64,000 bases of DNA, from NCBI RefSeq assembly GCF_054482595.1, contig NZ_CM137008.1. One strand, given 5' to 3'. The position numbers were made by a program, and so were the translations under genes. This document shows, piece by piece, positions 36,916 through 47,566 of the stretch (position 1 is the stretch's first letter; the number at the start of each line of letters is the position of its first letter). The notes beneath the pieces were generated by a model. The model ran no database searches and was not told the DNA's origin. It saw nothing but the letters and a program-made list of their open reading frames with translations.

Positions 36916-38462
36916 CAGGCTTCCTCCCCTTTGCAGATAAATTCACGCGCCAGCAATCCGGTATTGGTGCTGCTGCTCGCCAGAATCACTCCGGCATCAA
37001 GCAGCATCTGGCTTTGTTGTTCTAACGATGGCGTATCAAGATCGGTACCCAGCACATAGGCGAGAATGATCAACTCGCGTCCTTCGGCAGCGGCGATCGC
37101 TTTCGCTTCTTTGATCGCCTCGATGGTGGAGCCGACCGGATCTTCATGCGATCCAAATCCGAGCACAAAATCCATCACGATCACCGCCACTTCTGGATCG
37201 CGCGCCTCTTCGATCAAGCGACTGATGCGGTTGGTGGGGTCAATCATTGGATGCGGCTTGCCGTTGGTGAAGTCGTCATCGCCAAAGTCGAGGAAGGTGT
37301 GTTTGATGCTGCGATTGATATCTTTCAGGCGGAATTCAGGATCGGGCTGGATGTTGCTGTAGACATCGCCGTGTTTTTCCATCACCGCGAACATGGTTTC
37401 GTCACACAGCGTACCGCCGCAGAACAGGCCACGAATGTATTTCTGCTGGGGTTGCAGACGCGCACGCACATCCGCAATCAACGGCTGGTTAAGCGTATGC
37501 AGGTCGAGATTTTCCTGTTTCACGCCGGAGAGCATCACCGCTTTTAGCGCCGCTTCTTTGCTGCCGCGAGCAAACTGTAGCCCCTGCTCGTCAACCGGCG
37601 TTTCGCCACGACCGAGGAAGCAGACCACCACCGGCTTGCGGCAGGCGCGGGCGCGTTCCAGCACTTTACGGGCCACCGCAGGCGCGGGAGGTTTTGAAAT
37701 CAGCGCGATAATTTCAGTTTGCGGATCGTTTTCCAGCATCCCGATGGCGTCGAGCATCATCAGGCCGCCGATTTTCTCGCTCAGGTCGCGCCCGCCGGTG
37801 CCAATCAGTTGTGAAACGCCGCCACCAAATTCATGAATGCGGACGCTCAGCTCCTGGCTGCCGGTGCCGGATGCGCCAACAATACCGATGTTGCCGCGAT
37901 GCACGGCGTTACCAAAACAGAGCGCCGCGCCGTTGATAATCGCCGTGCCACAGTCTGGCCCCATCATCAGCAGCCCTTTTTCGTGGGCCAGTTGCTTGAG
38001 CGCCAGTTCATCTTCAACCGAGACGTTATCGGAAAACAGCATCACGTTGAGATCGTTTTGCAGCGCCTGACGCGCTTCGCGAGCGGCAAACAGACCGTTG
38101 ACCGAAATCACCGCCAGGTTACTTTCCGGGATATGCTTTTTGGCGCTGGCAATAGTGGCGTAACGCGCCTCGTGCGAGCCGCTTTGCGCTTTGCTGTTGA
38201 ACAGTTCTTCAATCTCCACCAGCAACTGCTCGTTGTCCGCCCCCGATTTACCATTGATGACAATCATCAGGTCGCCGTTTTTCGCCTGTTCCAGCTCCGG
38301 CGTGAGCAGTCCTAAATTTTTCAGCACACCTTTGTTCATTTCGGTCGCCATCGCCACAAATGCCTGCTCGACGCCGTCGAGTTTATTTGCACGCGTGGAG
38401 ATAGACATCAGCGAGACAGAATCAAAATAGGTATTCGGTTTAATGACTATTTTAACTGACAT
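36915..38462 (-). CDS. yahF: FdrA-like protein YahF (CoA-ligase / succinyl-CoA synthetase alpha-like fold)
   Basis: 515 aa, CoA-binding Rossmann-like N-terminus and ligase-CoA domains. Confidence 0.8.
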   Translation of the reverse strand: MSVKIVIKPNTYFDSVSLMSISTRANKLDGVEQAFVAMATEMNKGVLKNLGLLTPELEQAKNGDLMIVINGKSGADNEQLLVEIEELFNSKAQSGSHEARYATIASAKKHIPESNLAVISVNGLFAAREARQALQNDLNVMLFSDNVSVEDELALKQLAHEKGLLMMGPDCGTAIINGAALCFGNAVHRGNIGIVGASGTGSQELSVRIHEFGGGVSQLIGTGGRDLSEKIGGLMMLDAIGMLENDPQTEIIALISKPPAPAVARKVLERARACRKPVVVCFLGRGETPVDEQGLQFARGSKEAALKAVMLSGVKQENLDLHTLNQPLIADVRARLQPQQKYIRGLFCGGTLCDETMFAVMEKHGDVYSNIQPDPEFRLKDINRSIKHTFLDFGDDDFTNGKPHPMIDPTNRISRLIEEARDPEVAVIVMDFVLGFGSHEDPVGSTIEAIKEAKAIAAAEGRELIILAYVLGTDLDTPSLEQQSQMLLDAGVILASSSTNTGLLAREFICKGEEA

Positions 38463-39315
38463 AATTCCCTCCGTAGGTTTGGCTCAGCGCACAACCATCG
38501 GCCATGCCATACAGCATGTCGCAGCCGGAACTGGAGCCAATATGTTTAATTTTTTCTATTGCCTGAGTTGAATTCCCAGGGACGCCATAAATAATGTTGT
38601 GAATAAAACGATGAATATTTTCCCGGCAGCGTTGTTGTAATGCGGCTTCCAGCGTTATGGCACTTAATAATGTGGTGTTATTTCTGCCGCGTTGCAGACC
38701 GCGATAAAATTCCTCTTTGTATTTTTCCGCCGGATGCCCGGAAATAAATAAAATAAGTACCAGTCCGGTCAGATAATCATCGGCTGATGGCGTAAGGCCA
38801 ATCCCTAACCCCATCATACTGGCGACCGCTGCGGCGATATTTTGTTTTTCGTTTACTGCCTGAATAACTGCCCGTCGTTTAATATGTAGTTCTTTATTTA
38901 ACGCCTGATAAAACGGATTATCGCCGCGATAATTAAACAGGGTTTCATTTTCCCCCAGGTGCTGATGAATAATGTCGTGCCACTGTTGCCAGGCGATAAG
39001 GTGAAAATTCACAGCGGTCATTTGCAAGGTTGGGGACAGCCAACGCCGACAACGACTCATCTCTATATGAAGATGTTGACCAACCGTAATACCTTGATCG
39101 TCAAACTGAACCTTATCACCATGCCGGAACAGATCATCAAAGTGAGTGAGTGCCAACCGACAACTGTTTGGCGCATTGTCGTACTCTTCACAAAGCAGCG
39201 TCAGCAACTGCTGGCGAGCCGGGAGTGCGATATTTACCGCTCTGGCAAAGACCTGTTCAACCTGTCCTTGCCCCCGCTGCGCCAGAAAATCCGCATCCGC
39301 AGTTAGCGCCCACAC
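38452..39315 (-). CDS. yahE: DUF2877-family protein YahE (YlbF paralog)
   Basis: 287 aa, overlaps yahF start by 11 nt. Confidence 0.75.
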   Translation of the reverse strand: MWALTADADFLAQRGQGQVEQVFARAVNIALPARQQLLTLLCEEYDNAPNSCRLALTHFDDLFRHGDKVQFDDQGITVGQHLHIEMSRCRRWLSPTLQMTAVNFHLIAWQQWHDIIHQHLGENETLFNYRGDNPFYQALNKELHIKRRAVIQAVNEKQNIAAAVASMMGLGIGLTPSADDYLTGLVLILFISGHPAEKYKEEFYRGLQRGRNNTTLLSAITLEAALQQRCRENIHRFIHNIIYGVPGNSTQAIEKIKHIGSSSGCDMLYGMADGCALSQTYGGNYVS

Positions 39316-39354
39316 ACACCGTTTTTCTGGTGTGTTGATTGCAAGCCTCCCGGT

Positions 39355-39960
39355 TTATGCACCTGCGGCAATCAGTAACTGCGCAATCTCTTCAAAGCCC
39401 CGTTCCCGCGCCAGTTCCAGTGGCGTTTTGCCATATTTATCCGTCAGATGCGGGCTGGCACCGTGTTCCAGCAATAACTGCACAATCGCCTGCTGTTTAA
39501 TACCACCATCATTAAGCACAATCGCTTCCAGTAGCGGCGTCCAGCCTACATGGTTGGTCTGGTTAACGTTAATCTCCGTATGCGCCAAAAGCTCTTTTAC
39601 AATACTTAAATGGCCTTTTTCACAGGCAGGCGTCAGGCCGACACCGCCAAAACGGGTTACGCAATTAAGATCGGGTTTAGCCGGTAAAATAATTCGTAGT
39701 AGAGTTAAATCATCGTTCAGACAGCTAATTAAAAAAGGATTTAAACAGGTATGATCTTGCTTATTAATATCCGCTCCGGCATCAATTAATGCCTGAACGC
39801 AAGCATATTGCTGATATAAACTTGCCAGCGTAATTGCCGTTTTCCCCTGACGATCGCAGGTATTAATATCGACACCCAGCGCAAGGCAGGTTTTTACTTT
39901 ATCGATATCACCCTGTTGTGCAGCCAATAAATAGTCGGCAGGTAGATTTTTTATACTCAT
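39355..39960 (-). CDS. yahD: Ankyrin-repeat protein YahD
   Basis: 201 aa with repeated ...G.TPL..A...G motifs typical of ankyrin repeats. Confidence 0.8.
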   Translation of the reverse strand: MSIKNLPADYLLAAQQGDIDKVKTCLALGVDINTCDRQGKTAITLASLYQQYACVQALIDAGADINKQDHTCLNPFLISCLNDDLTLLRIILPAKPDLNCVTRFGGVGLTPACEKGHLSIVKELLAHTEINVNQTNHVGWTPLLEAIVLNDGGIKQQAIVQLLLEHGASPHLTDKYGKTPLELARERGFEEIAQLLIAAGA

Positions 39961-40217
39961 TCACATTCCCCTGGTTTTTGTGGCTGTTTTCGATGAATTG
40001 AGAATAGCAACGATAATCTGATAAAAGAACCCGCTTAAATTTAATTCGCTGTATTTCGCCTTTTTGTTGAATGATGTTCAACAATCTTTTCGCAGTGTGC
40101 GGTAGTGCAATATTTGTTTCTTTGACCCGATACCCTTTCACTCAATCAGGTTTTATTTCTCTATAGTCTGCACATGTAAGAGTAGCTTTCGTCCATGTCT
40201 AACCAGAGGGGAACAAG

Positions 40218-40715
40218 ATGAACGGACTCACGGCAACGGGTGTCACCGTCGGTATTTGTGCAGGGCTTTGGCAGTTAGTGTCTTCACATGTCGGGCTCTC
40301 TCAGGGATGGGAATTATTAGGAACCATTGGCTTCGTCGCCTTTTGCAGTTTTTATGCCGCAGGCGGCGGTAAATCGGGGTTTATCAGAAGTCTGGCGGTT
40401 AATTATTCCGGGATGGTGTGGGCATTTTTCGCCGCGCTGGCTGCCGGTTGGCTGGCCTCTGTAAGTGGACTGTCCGCGTTCTGGGCGAGCGTAATTACTA
40501 CCGTACCCTTCTCGGCGGTAGTGGTCTGGCAAGGGCGTTTCTGGTTACTGTCCTTTATTCCCGGTGGCTTTCTCGGCATGACGCTGTTTTTTGCCAGCGG
40601 GATGAACTGGACGGTGACGTTACTGGGTTTTCTGGCGGGTAACTGCGTGGGGATAATTTCAGAATATGGTGGACAAAAATTAAGCGAAGCGACGACTAAA
40701 CGCGACGGGTATTAA
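40218..40715 (+). CDS. yahC: Inner-membrane protein YahC (DUF1097-like)
   Basis: 165 aa, 4-5 predicted TM helices. Confidence 0.7.
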   Translation: MNGLTATGVTVGICAGLWQLVSSHVGLSQGWELLGTIGFVAFCSFYAAGGGKSGFIRSLAVNYSGMVWAFFAALAAGWLASVSGLSAFWASVITTVPFSAVVVWQGRFWLLSFIPGGFLGMTLFFASGMNWTVTLLGFLAGNCVGIISEYGGQKLSEATTKRDGY

Positions 40716-40806
40716 AAGTTATTCAAAAATGATTATCTATCTTTAACCGATACCTCTACAGTCATAGCTGGAGAAATTCATAGTAGATAATGGCGAGAAT
40801 GGTTTA

Positions 40807-41739
40807 ATGAACTCAATTTTTACCGAAGAGAATCTGTTGGCATTTACTACCGCTGCGCGTTTTGGCAGCTTCAGTAAAGCCGCAGAAGAGTTGGGTTTAA
40901 CCACTTCCGCCATTAGCTACACCATCAAGCGTATGGAGACGGGGCTGGATGTGGTGCTGTTCACTCGCAGTACCCGCAGCATTGAGTTAACGGAGTCCGG
41001 GCGTTATTTTTTCCGCAAAGCTACCGACCTGCTGAATGATTTTCACGCCATCAAACGCAGTATCGATACTATTTCGCAGGGCATAGAAGCACGTGTGCGC
41101 ATTTGTATTAATCAGCTGCTTTATACGCCCAAACACACCGCACGCTTGTTACAGGTGCTGAAAAAGCAGTTTCCTACCTGCCAGATTACCGTCACCACCG
41201 AAGTGTATAACGGCGTCTGGGATGCGATTATTAATAATCAGGCCAATATCGCCATCGGCGCACCCGATACACTACTGGACGGCGGCGGTATTGATTACAC
41301 TGAAATTGGCGCGATTCGCTGGGCTTTTGCTATCGCCCCGGATCACCCGTTAGCCTTTGTGCCGGAACCCATCGCCGAAAGCCAACTGCGTCTCTACCCT
41401 AATATTATGGTGGAGGACACCGCGCATACGATTAATAAAAAAGTGGGCTGGTTGCTGCACGGGCAGGAGTCAATTCTGGTGCCAGATTTCAACACCAAAT
41501 GTCAGTGCCAGATTTTAGGTGAAGGAATTGGTTTTTTGCCGGATTACATGGTCCGTGAGGCGATGACGCAATCCCTGCTGGTTACCCGACAAATCCATAA
41601 TCCGCGCCAGGATTCGCGCATGTTACTGGCGACTCAGCATTCTGCTACGGGTCAGGTGACGCAGTGGATTAAAAAACAATTTGCGCCAAATGGCATATTA
41701 ACGGGGATCTATCAGGATTTACTGCATCGGGAGAATTAA
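40807..41739 (+). CDS. yahB: LysR-family transcriptional regulator YahB
   Basis: N-terminal LysR HTH AARFGSFSKAAEELGLTTSAISYTIKRME. Confidence 0.85.
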   Translation: MNSIFTEENLLAFTTAARFGSFSKAAEELGLTTSAISYTIKRMETGLDVVLFTRSTRSIELTESGRYFFRKATDLLNDFHAIKRSIDTISQGIEARVRICINQLLYTPKHTARLLQVLKKQFPTCQITVTTEVYNGVWDAIINNQANIAIGAPDTLLDGGGIDYTEIGAIRWAFAIAPDHPLAFVPEPIAESQLRLYPNIMVEDTAHTINKKVGWLLHGQESILVPDFNTKCQCQILGEGIGFLPDYMVREAMTQSLLVTRQIHNPRQDSRMLLATQHSATGQVTQWIKKQFAPNGILTGIYQDLLHREN

Positions 41740-41780
41740 TCGCTGCCAACCTCCCGATGCGCTGTGAATAGCGGTTTACA

Positions 41781-42869
41781 TCAACCACCTGCTTTCATTA
41801 CCCATTCAGAGATAAATTTATTACCCGGTACTGGCGGAGAGTACAAATAGCCCTGCAAAAAGTGAACGCCTTTACCGATCATTAAATCCGCCTGCTCCTG
41901 GGTTTCTACCCCTTCCGCCACGATACTCAGACCAGGCTTACGCGCTAGTTCGACAATATTGTCCACAATATGACCGGAGATTTCGTCGACACTCGCCATT
42001 TGCACAAATGACTTATCGATCTTAATAAAATCGACCGGGAACGCCTGCAAGTAACGATAGGTCGCATAACCCGTACCAAAGTCATCCAGCGCAAAGGTAA
42101 TGTTGTGCTGATGAAGGCTGTCAAATATCGCTCTGGCTTCTGGCGTTACCGGAATAGGGTTACGTTCCGTTAGCTCGAGAACCAGCTTGATTTTATCGTT
42201 ACCTAATTTCTTAACCAGGTTCAGACACTCTTTTTCAAATCCCGCTGCCAAAAAACAACCCGCCGAGACGTTGATGCCAATATGGAAATTGTCCGGCAGC
42301 AAATGTTTTACCGGCATCAGAATATCCGCAGTCTGTTTCATCAGTTGGCGGGTCATTATGACAATAAGACCGGATGACTCCGCCAGAGGAATAAACTGAT
42401 CCGGTGGGATAATTCCCGTTTGTGGATGTTCCCAGCGGACAAGTACCTCACAGCCCGTCAGTACCCCAGTCTGCGCGCAGAAAACCGGTTGGATCCACGG
42501 TTTGAATTCGTGGTTTTCCAACGCCAGACTGATGGCTTCAGGCGTGACGATATGGTGACAACGGTTATCAGGGATATAAAAATTATTTTTATTTCCCGTG
42601 CCACTGATGACTTGCGGATGATATTGAAAAAAGATATCCCGCCAGAAGGTAATATCACTCTGGATGCCTAGTTTTTCATACAGCTGCTTCTTTTGATGTG
42701 AAATTGTCTTTGCACTGCGATTTCTGTACTGTGAGATTTCTGTAACCGACATTCCCTCCATTAGCAGCTTGAGTAAAAGCCGTTCTTTTTCGGACACGAT
42801 ACCAGGCAACGTCAAATTCACCGTTGCCCCGAACTCTTCCAAAAAAACACTCAAATCATGCGAAGCCAT
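41781..42869 (-). CDS. pdeL: c-di-GMP phosphodiesterase PdeL (YahA): LuxR-type HTH + EAL domain
   Basis: N-terminal LuxR HTH (LLKLLMEGMSVTEISQYRNRSAKTISHQKKQLYEKLG), C-terminal EAL domain (ELTE, DDFGTGY motifs). Confidence 0.9.
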   Translation of the reverse strand: MASHDLSVFLEEFGATVNLTLPGIVSEKERLLLKLLMEGMSVTEISQYRNRSAKTISHQKKQLYEKLGIQSDITFWRDIFFQYHPQVISGTGNKNNFYIPDNRCHHIVTPEAISLALENHEFKPWIQPVFCAQTGVLTGCEVLVRWEHPQTGIIPPDQFIPLAESSGLIVIMTRQLMKQTADILMPVKHLLPDNFHIGINVSAGCFLAAGFEKECLNLVKKLGNDKIKLVLELTERNPIPVTPEARAIFDSLHQHNITFALDDFGTGYATYRYLQAFPVDFIKIDKSFVQMASVDEISGHIVDNIVELARKPGLSIVAEGVETQEQADLMIGKGVHFLQGYLYSPPVPGNKFISEWVMKAGG

Positions 42870-42939
42870 CGAACACACCTTGATTAAATCTTGTGCGCCA
42901 GCTAAATCTGCGAGTCTTCACTCTGACTGATAAAGCTGG

Positions 42940-42988
42940 CTGCAAGAAAATGACACAGAGAGCCGAATTATCTCCCGTTCGGCTCTCT
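42940..42988 (-). terminator. Probable intrinsic terminator downstream of the autotransporter gene
   Basis: 11-bp perfect stem agagagccgaa / ttcggctctct (42957-42988) with 10-nt loop; on the minus strand followed by a U-rich tract (gugucauuuucuu). Confidence 0.5.
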
Positions 42989-43010
42989 CTCCTTTTACTC
43001 ATTATTCAGA

Positions 43011-46000
43011 TCAGAATTGCCACTTAATGCCAACCATTGCAGAGGTGTCATTATATCCCCTATCGGCAACCTGAACGCCCACATTCCCCCAGACATTCAG
43101 GTTGGCATTTAGCTGTCCTTCCACCCCGGTTTTTATCTCAGCAATATTTCGGGCTCCATCCTGAGTGACGGACACGCCATCCATACTGGTGCTGAAATCC
43201 TTACTGTTATGCAGCCAGTTCACTTCTACAAACGGCTGGAACTCGCGGGATTTACCGTCATCCATTTTATGGTGGCTCTTCAGCCAGGTTTTTACGCCAA
43301 GTCGGGTTTGAACATTGCCATCACCGTTGCTATGAACGAGGGTTCCGTTGCTTTCGCGGTGCTTATCGGCTTTGACTCCCATCCAGGTAACCTGTGCTTG
43401 CGGCTGAACATACCATTCATTACGCGTTCCCTGGCTGCCATTAAATTCAGCTAATTTGTGTTTGTATCCAGCTTCCAGTGAAGCGGTAAATCCTTTTGAT
43501 TTATAGGATTCACTTTGTAAGTCATCCCCTTTCACTGTGTTATCAAACCAGCTGTACTGCGCCCAACTGTCGAGATACGCGCCATTACGCGACTCGTCAT
43601 CGGCATACCAGGTGGCATAGAGGCCGGTGCTATATCCGTTCACACTCGCTTTTGCACGATAACCGGTTCGCGAGGAAATGGTTTTGCTGTCGCTGTTGCC
43701 ATATCCCGCCATGACCCCAACATGCCAGCTGTCGCTGCCGTTTTGGCTCCACTGCGCGACATCGCCTCCCAGTTGCAGAACATAGCGATTGCTTTGGGTT
43801 TTCAGCTGGCCGCTGCCATCACGCCATTTATTATGACCACCTTCATGGCGCATCCACATAGTGGTTTGTTTCTGCTCACCCGTCACCATGTCGGTATAGT
43901 ACGTATTACCCAGACGCTCATGCAGACGCGTGGTGAACATTGTATTCGCTGCTGCAAGGTTCGCAATGTAGCTACCCGCCTCCGGTCGCAGGTCATTATC
44001 CACATTCAGATCCGGACCCGGCGTAGGTGTCGGGTTAGGGTTCGGCTCTGGATTCGGGTTTGGCTCCGGATTCGGCATCGGGTCTGGCTCCGGCTGCAGT
44101 TCAGGAGAATCACTGCCGCTGGTCAGATACCAGTTACCACTATTTGCCCCTTGTCCACGCGCGAGAGTGTAGTCATACGCCCCCGCAACGATACGACCAG
44201 CCTGAACAAATTCGCCCTCAGACTTACCGTCTACATGGATAAGTTCGATACCGTTAAGGGTTTTCGCACCTGTACCGCCAGCGTTATTCACCGTAACGGC
44301 AGTCGTGCCGCTAGTATCGCCCTCGACAACCAATTTATCGGTTACTGAGTCATCGCCATTCAGTACCGTATTCATTACTAGTTGACCGTTATTACCGTGG
44401 TAGTTCCCCTTCACCACTAACACATTGCCAGCTTGCTGTCCTGACATTCCGGTCATCAGCGTACCGTTGTTGGTCAGATTGCCGCCCAGGGTGTAATTCA
44501 CAGACGCAGCCGCTCTTTTTTCAGTGCTATTATTCAACGCCAGGGTACCGTTGTTCTCAACGTTTGCGCTACCCAATCCCTGCGCATGACTTACCAGGAC
44601 ATTAGCCGAATTAGCAATGTTCACATTCGCCGTCAGGTTGCTGTTATCGCCCGCGATGTCCAGCGTGCCGCCCTGAATATTCAGCTCTCCGCTCCCCGTT
44701 AACGAACCGGTTGAAGTGCCCCCGTTGGTAACCGTCAGACTGCCGCCATTTAAGCTCAGCAGTGAATCGGCGCTGCCATTGAGCGTGCCCACGGTCTGGC
44801 TGTGACCATTCATATCCAGTTCAGTCTCTGCCGCCAGACGCAGTTCATGGGTATTACCCAACACGTTATCGTTATTCAACAAAAGCGTCCCACTGCGCAG
44901 ATCGGTAACACCGGTATAGTCGTTGTCTTTGTTAGAAAGCGATACGGTCTGACCCTTCTGGCTGCTGAATGCCAGGTCACCACTGCCGGTAATCTTTGCG
45001 CTGAGATCGGCGGCATTCTCGCTTTTACCGTTAGAGCTCAGCACCAGAGCATCGCTGTCGGTAGCGTGTAAATCAAGCTGGGTCAGGCCGTAACCGATAT
45101 ACAGACCGTCATTGTTTACCCCACTCGTCAGACGATAGTCGTAAGTGCCGACGGCCGCTTTTTGCCCATTCTGCTGAATATCACGTTGGGCGCTGCTGGA
45201 GAGGATTTGCCCATTTTTATCCTGCAATTGCAGATTGCCCGCATCGCCCAGAACTTCCGCACCTTGCGCATCAACCAGCTTAATGGCGCTGTTACCATCA
45301 TCGACTTCAGTGAGCGATAACGCAGAGTCAATATCACGAGATACTGAGCGGACAACGTCACTGTCAGAAACCTGAATCACACCCTCGCCGCGCAAATCCA
45401 GCGTTTTACTAACGTTGACCGTCCCTTCTGTCATCTGTGCACCTGCTGTCAGGGCACCAAAATCAACGGTTCCGCCGGAGAATCCCAAAGTGCTAATGGA
45501 GTGAGCGCCCTTACCCACTGTTACCTGGCTTCCCTGACCCGCAGTGATCCCGCCTCTCTGCAGAAACTCAGCATTCTTTTCCAGGTTAAATGTCGTGTTC
45601 TGAAACGCCAGTGAACCCTGGAACCAGTCTGTATAAGCAAACTCATCGAAGGAGAATTCGTGATTCCCCATGTTTATTTCAACAATACCTCTACCTTGAA
45701 GATCGTTATCAAATACCCAATCTTTATTGGCATTGATTTGCAGTTTGCCATCAACATCCAGGTCCGCACGGCCGATGTTCTTGTCTTCAGAAATAACCGC
45801 GACAGCACCAGAAGCGACATCAATATATCCGCTGAATGCATAGTTATTGCCGGTCAGTGCCACTGTCCCACTGTCGATACTTATTGTACCATTGCCGGAA
45901 ATCTTATTGGCAAAGGTCATGCTATCGTCAGCCTTCAGGTGTAATTTCCCGCGGTTGTTGATCTCTGCTGTACCTATATTTTTGGTGATCCCTAAAGCGC

Positions 46001-46994
46001 CATTTTGCTCAATTTTGACTTTACCACTAAAGGCAGAGTTATCACCGGTTAAGTAAGTCGTGCCATTGAGCGCATTGATATAGCCCAGGCCCTCGCTGCC
46101 ACTGACAATATCCGCGGAAATAGTCGCGTTTTTATCCGTGTGGTTTAAGGTGATTTTCTTATCGGATGTCTTTGCCCACACAAACTCAATTTTTTCGGCA
46201 TCAATAATCCCTGCAGCCTTCGCAGCACTTCCTTCCTGTGCATCTAACGCTAACTCAGAGTTGGTGCTTAAACTAATTTTCGGTGCGGATATTTTACCTC
46301 CATCTGATACGACTAATGTTGTATCAGAACGTTGGTCGTAATAACCCAGGCTAATATGTTCACGAGCATTAACTTCACCACCGTTATTAACCGACAGGAA
46401 CTGATTACCGCCATATCCGCCGTAAACGCCCATAAAGAAGGTCCCTGCATTTACCTGACTACCTTCGCCGCTTACATTCCCCTGCGTATAAGTCAGACGA
46501 CTGGTGCCCTTAACATGAATTTTGCCGCCATTGGAGACATTAAAATAGCCTTGATCATGTCTCATGCCTGAGTTTGACTCATACAAATCATCAGCATATA
46601 ACTCGCTGCCAGCATTGGAGACATTCAGGAACCCCGTACCTTTCAGCAAAAAGTTAAGCGGGCCATTGATTGTTACCTTTCCTCCGGTAATATCCAACCC
46701 ACCACCAGAAGCGAGAGTCAGACGCGGACGGGAAGTATCTGTCGTATTGATTACCAGATTGGCATTGTCAGTCACCGTAATACGGTAATCGATGCTCTGG
46801 TTCTCTTTGCCAAAATCAATAGTTTTATCCTGGTTTACGATGACATCATCGGCGAATACCAGAGATGAATATAAACTTATCGCGCTAATTAAAACAGCCC
46901 GGGACTTTTTTCCTTTTACTCTGCTCCCCAGCTCAGAGCAGACGCTCCAACAGTTACGGGACCTGTTCCACTTTAGCCGATATATTTTATTCAT
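43011..46994 (-). CDS. ehaA: AIDA-I-type autotransporter adhesin, EhaA-like (1327 aa from the ESPR Met)
   Basis: Extended signal peptide MNKIYRLKWNRSRNCWSVCSELGSRVKGKK; long beta-helical passenger; Pro-rich linker PEPDPMPNPEPNPNPEPNPNPTPTPGP; C-terminal beta-barrel ending ...VGIKWQF; size and location between yahA and betT match EhaA as I recall it. Confidence 0.7.
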   Translation of the reverse strand: MNKIYRLKWNRSRNCWSVCSELGSRVKGKKSRAVLISAISLYSSLVFADDVIVNQDKTIDFGKENQSIDYRITVTDNANLVINTTDTSRPRLTLASGGGLDITGGKVTINGPLNFLLKGTGFLNVSNAGSELYADDLYESNSGMRHDQGYFNVSNGGKIHVKGTSRLTYTQGNVSGEGSQVNAGTFFMGVYGGYGGNQFLSVNNGGEVNAREHISLGYYDQRSDTTLVVSDGGKISAPKISLSTNSELALDAQEGSAAKAAGIIDAEKIEFVWAKTSDKKITLNHTDKNATISADIVSGSEGLGYINALNGTTYLTGDNSAFSGKVKIEQNGALGITKNIGTAEINNRGKLHLKADDSMTFANKISGNGTISIDSGTVALTGNNYAFSGYIDVASGAVAVISEDKNIGRADLDVDGKLQINANKDWVFDNDLQGRGIVEINMGNHEFSFDEFAYTDWFQGSLAFQNTTFNLEKNAEFLQRGGITAGQGSQVTVGKGAHSISTLGFSGGTVDFGALTAGAQMTEGTVNVSKTLDLRGEGVIQVSDSDVVRSVSRDIDSALSLTEVDDGNSAIKLVDAQGAEVLGDAGNLQLQDKNGQILSSSAQRDIQQNGQKAAVGTYDYRLTSGVNNDGLYIGYGLTQLDLHATDSDALVLSSNGKSENAADLSAKITGSGDLAFSSQKGQTVSLSNKDNDYTGVTDLRSGTLLLNNDNVLGNTHELRLAAETELDMNGHSQTVGTLNGSADSLLSLNGGSLTVTNGGTSTGSLTGSGELNIQGGTLDIAGDNSNLTANVNIANSANVLVSHAQGLGSANVENNGTLALNNSTEKRAAASVNYTLGGNLTNNGTLMTGMSGQQAGNVLVVKGNYHGNNGQLVMNTVLNGDDSVTDKLVVEGDTSGTTAVTVNNAGGTGAKTLNGIELIHVDGKSEGEFVQAGRIVAGAYDYTLARGQGANSGNWYLTSGSDSPELQPEPDPMPNPEPNPNPEPNPNPTPTPGPDLNVDNDLRPEAGSYIANLAAANTMFTTRLHERLGNTYYTDMVTGEQKQTTMWMRHEGGHNKWRDGSGQLKTQSNRYVLQLGGDVAQWSQNGSDSWHVGVMAGYGNSDSKTISSRTGYRAKASVNGYSTGLYATWYADDESRNGAYLDSWAQYSWFDNTVKGDDLQSESYKSKGFTASLEAGYKHKLAEFNGSQGTRNEWYVQPQAQVTWMGVKADKHRESNGTLVHSNGDGNVQTRLGVKTWLKSHHKMDDGKSREFQPFVEVNWLHNSKDFSTSMDGVSVTQDGARNIAEIKTGVEGQLNANLNVWGNVGVQVADRGYNDTSAMVGIKWQF

Positions 46995-47566
46995 CACAAT
47001 CTCCAGCAATACATCCAAATAAAACCAAGATTGCATAAACAGCAACGCATTAAATGCCATTCTGGTTACTGTTCATCGCATATAAAAATTCAAAAATTTT
47101 GCATAGCATTGGCAACCACATATCTGAGTATGTAGTTCAGAGGGTAATAAAATAGCAAGTTATTACTTAAAACTTATTTTAAGTTAACACTCTTAACTTT
47201 ATCATTACATTCCTCCCAGTCTCTAATACCTGCGCATTATATGTATCCAGGAACTCAAATCAACTCAAAATATAAACAAAAGCAAGAGGAATACATTTAA
47301 TATACAGCCGATAAAAGCGGTAACTCTTATTAGGTATCAAAATATAAGAATCGTCTTATTAATAAATATATAACACTATAGGACTGAATCCATTCAGCTA
47401 ATACAAAATAAAATCGTTAATTAATAAAATATAAAATCATGAAGTGATACAAGAGGAATTGCAGGATATGACATGACAATCATATATAATATATGCATAA
47501 TTTTTTACAGCGAGTCAATGATTCCCGCGCCATATGCAGACATGGCGCGGTTTTATGCAAAAACAA

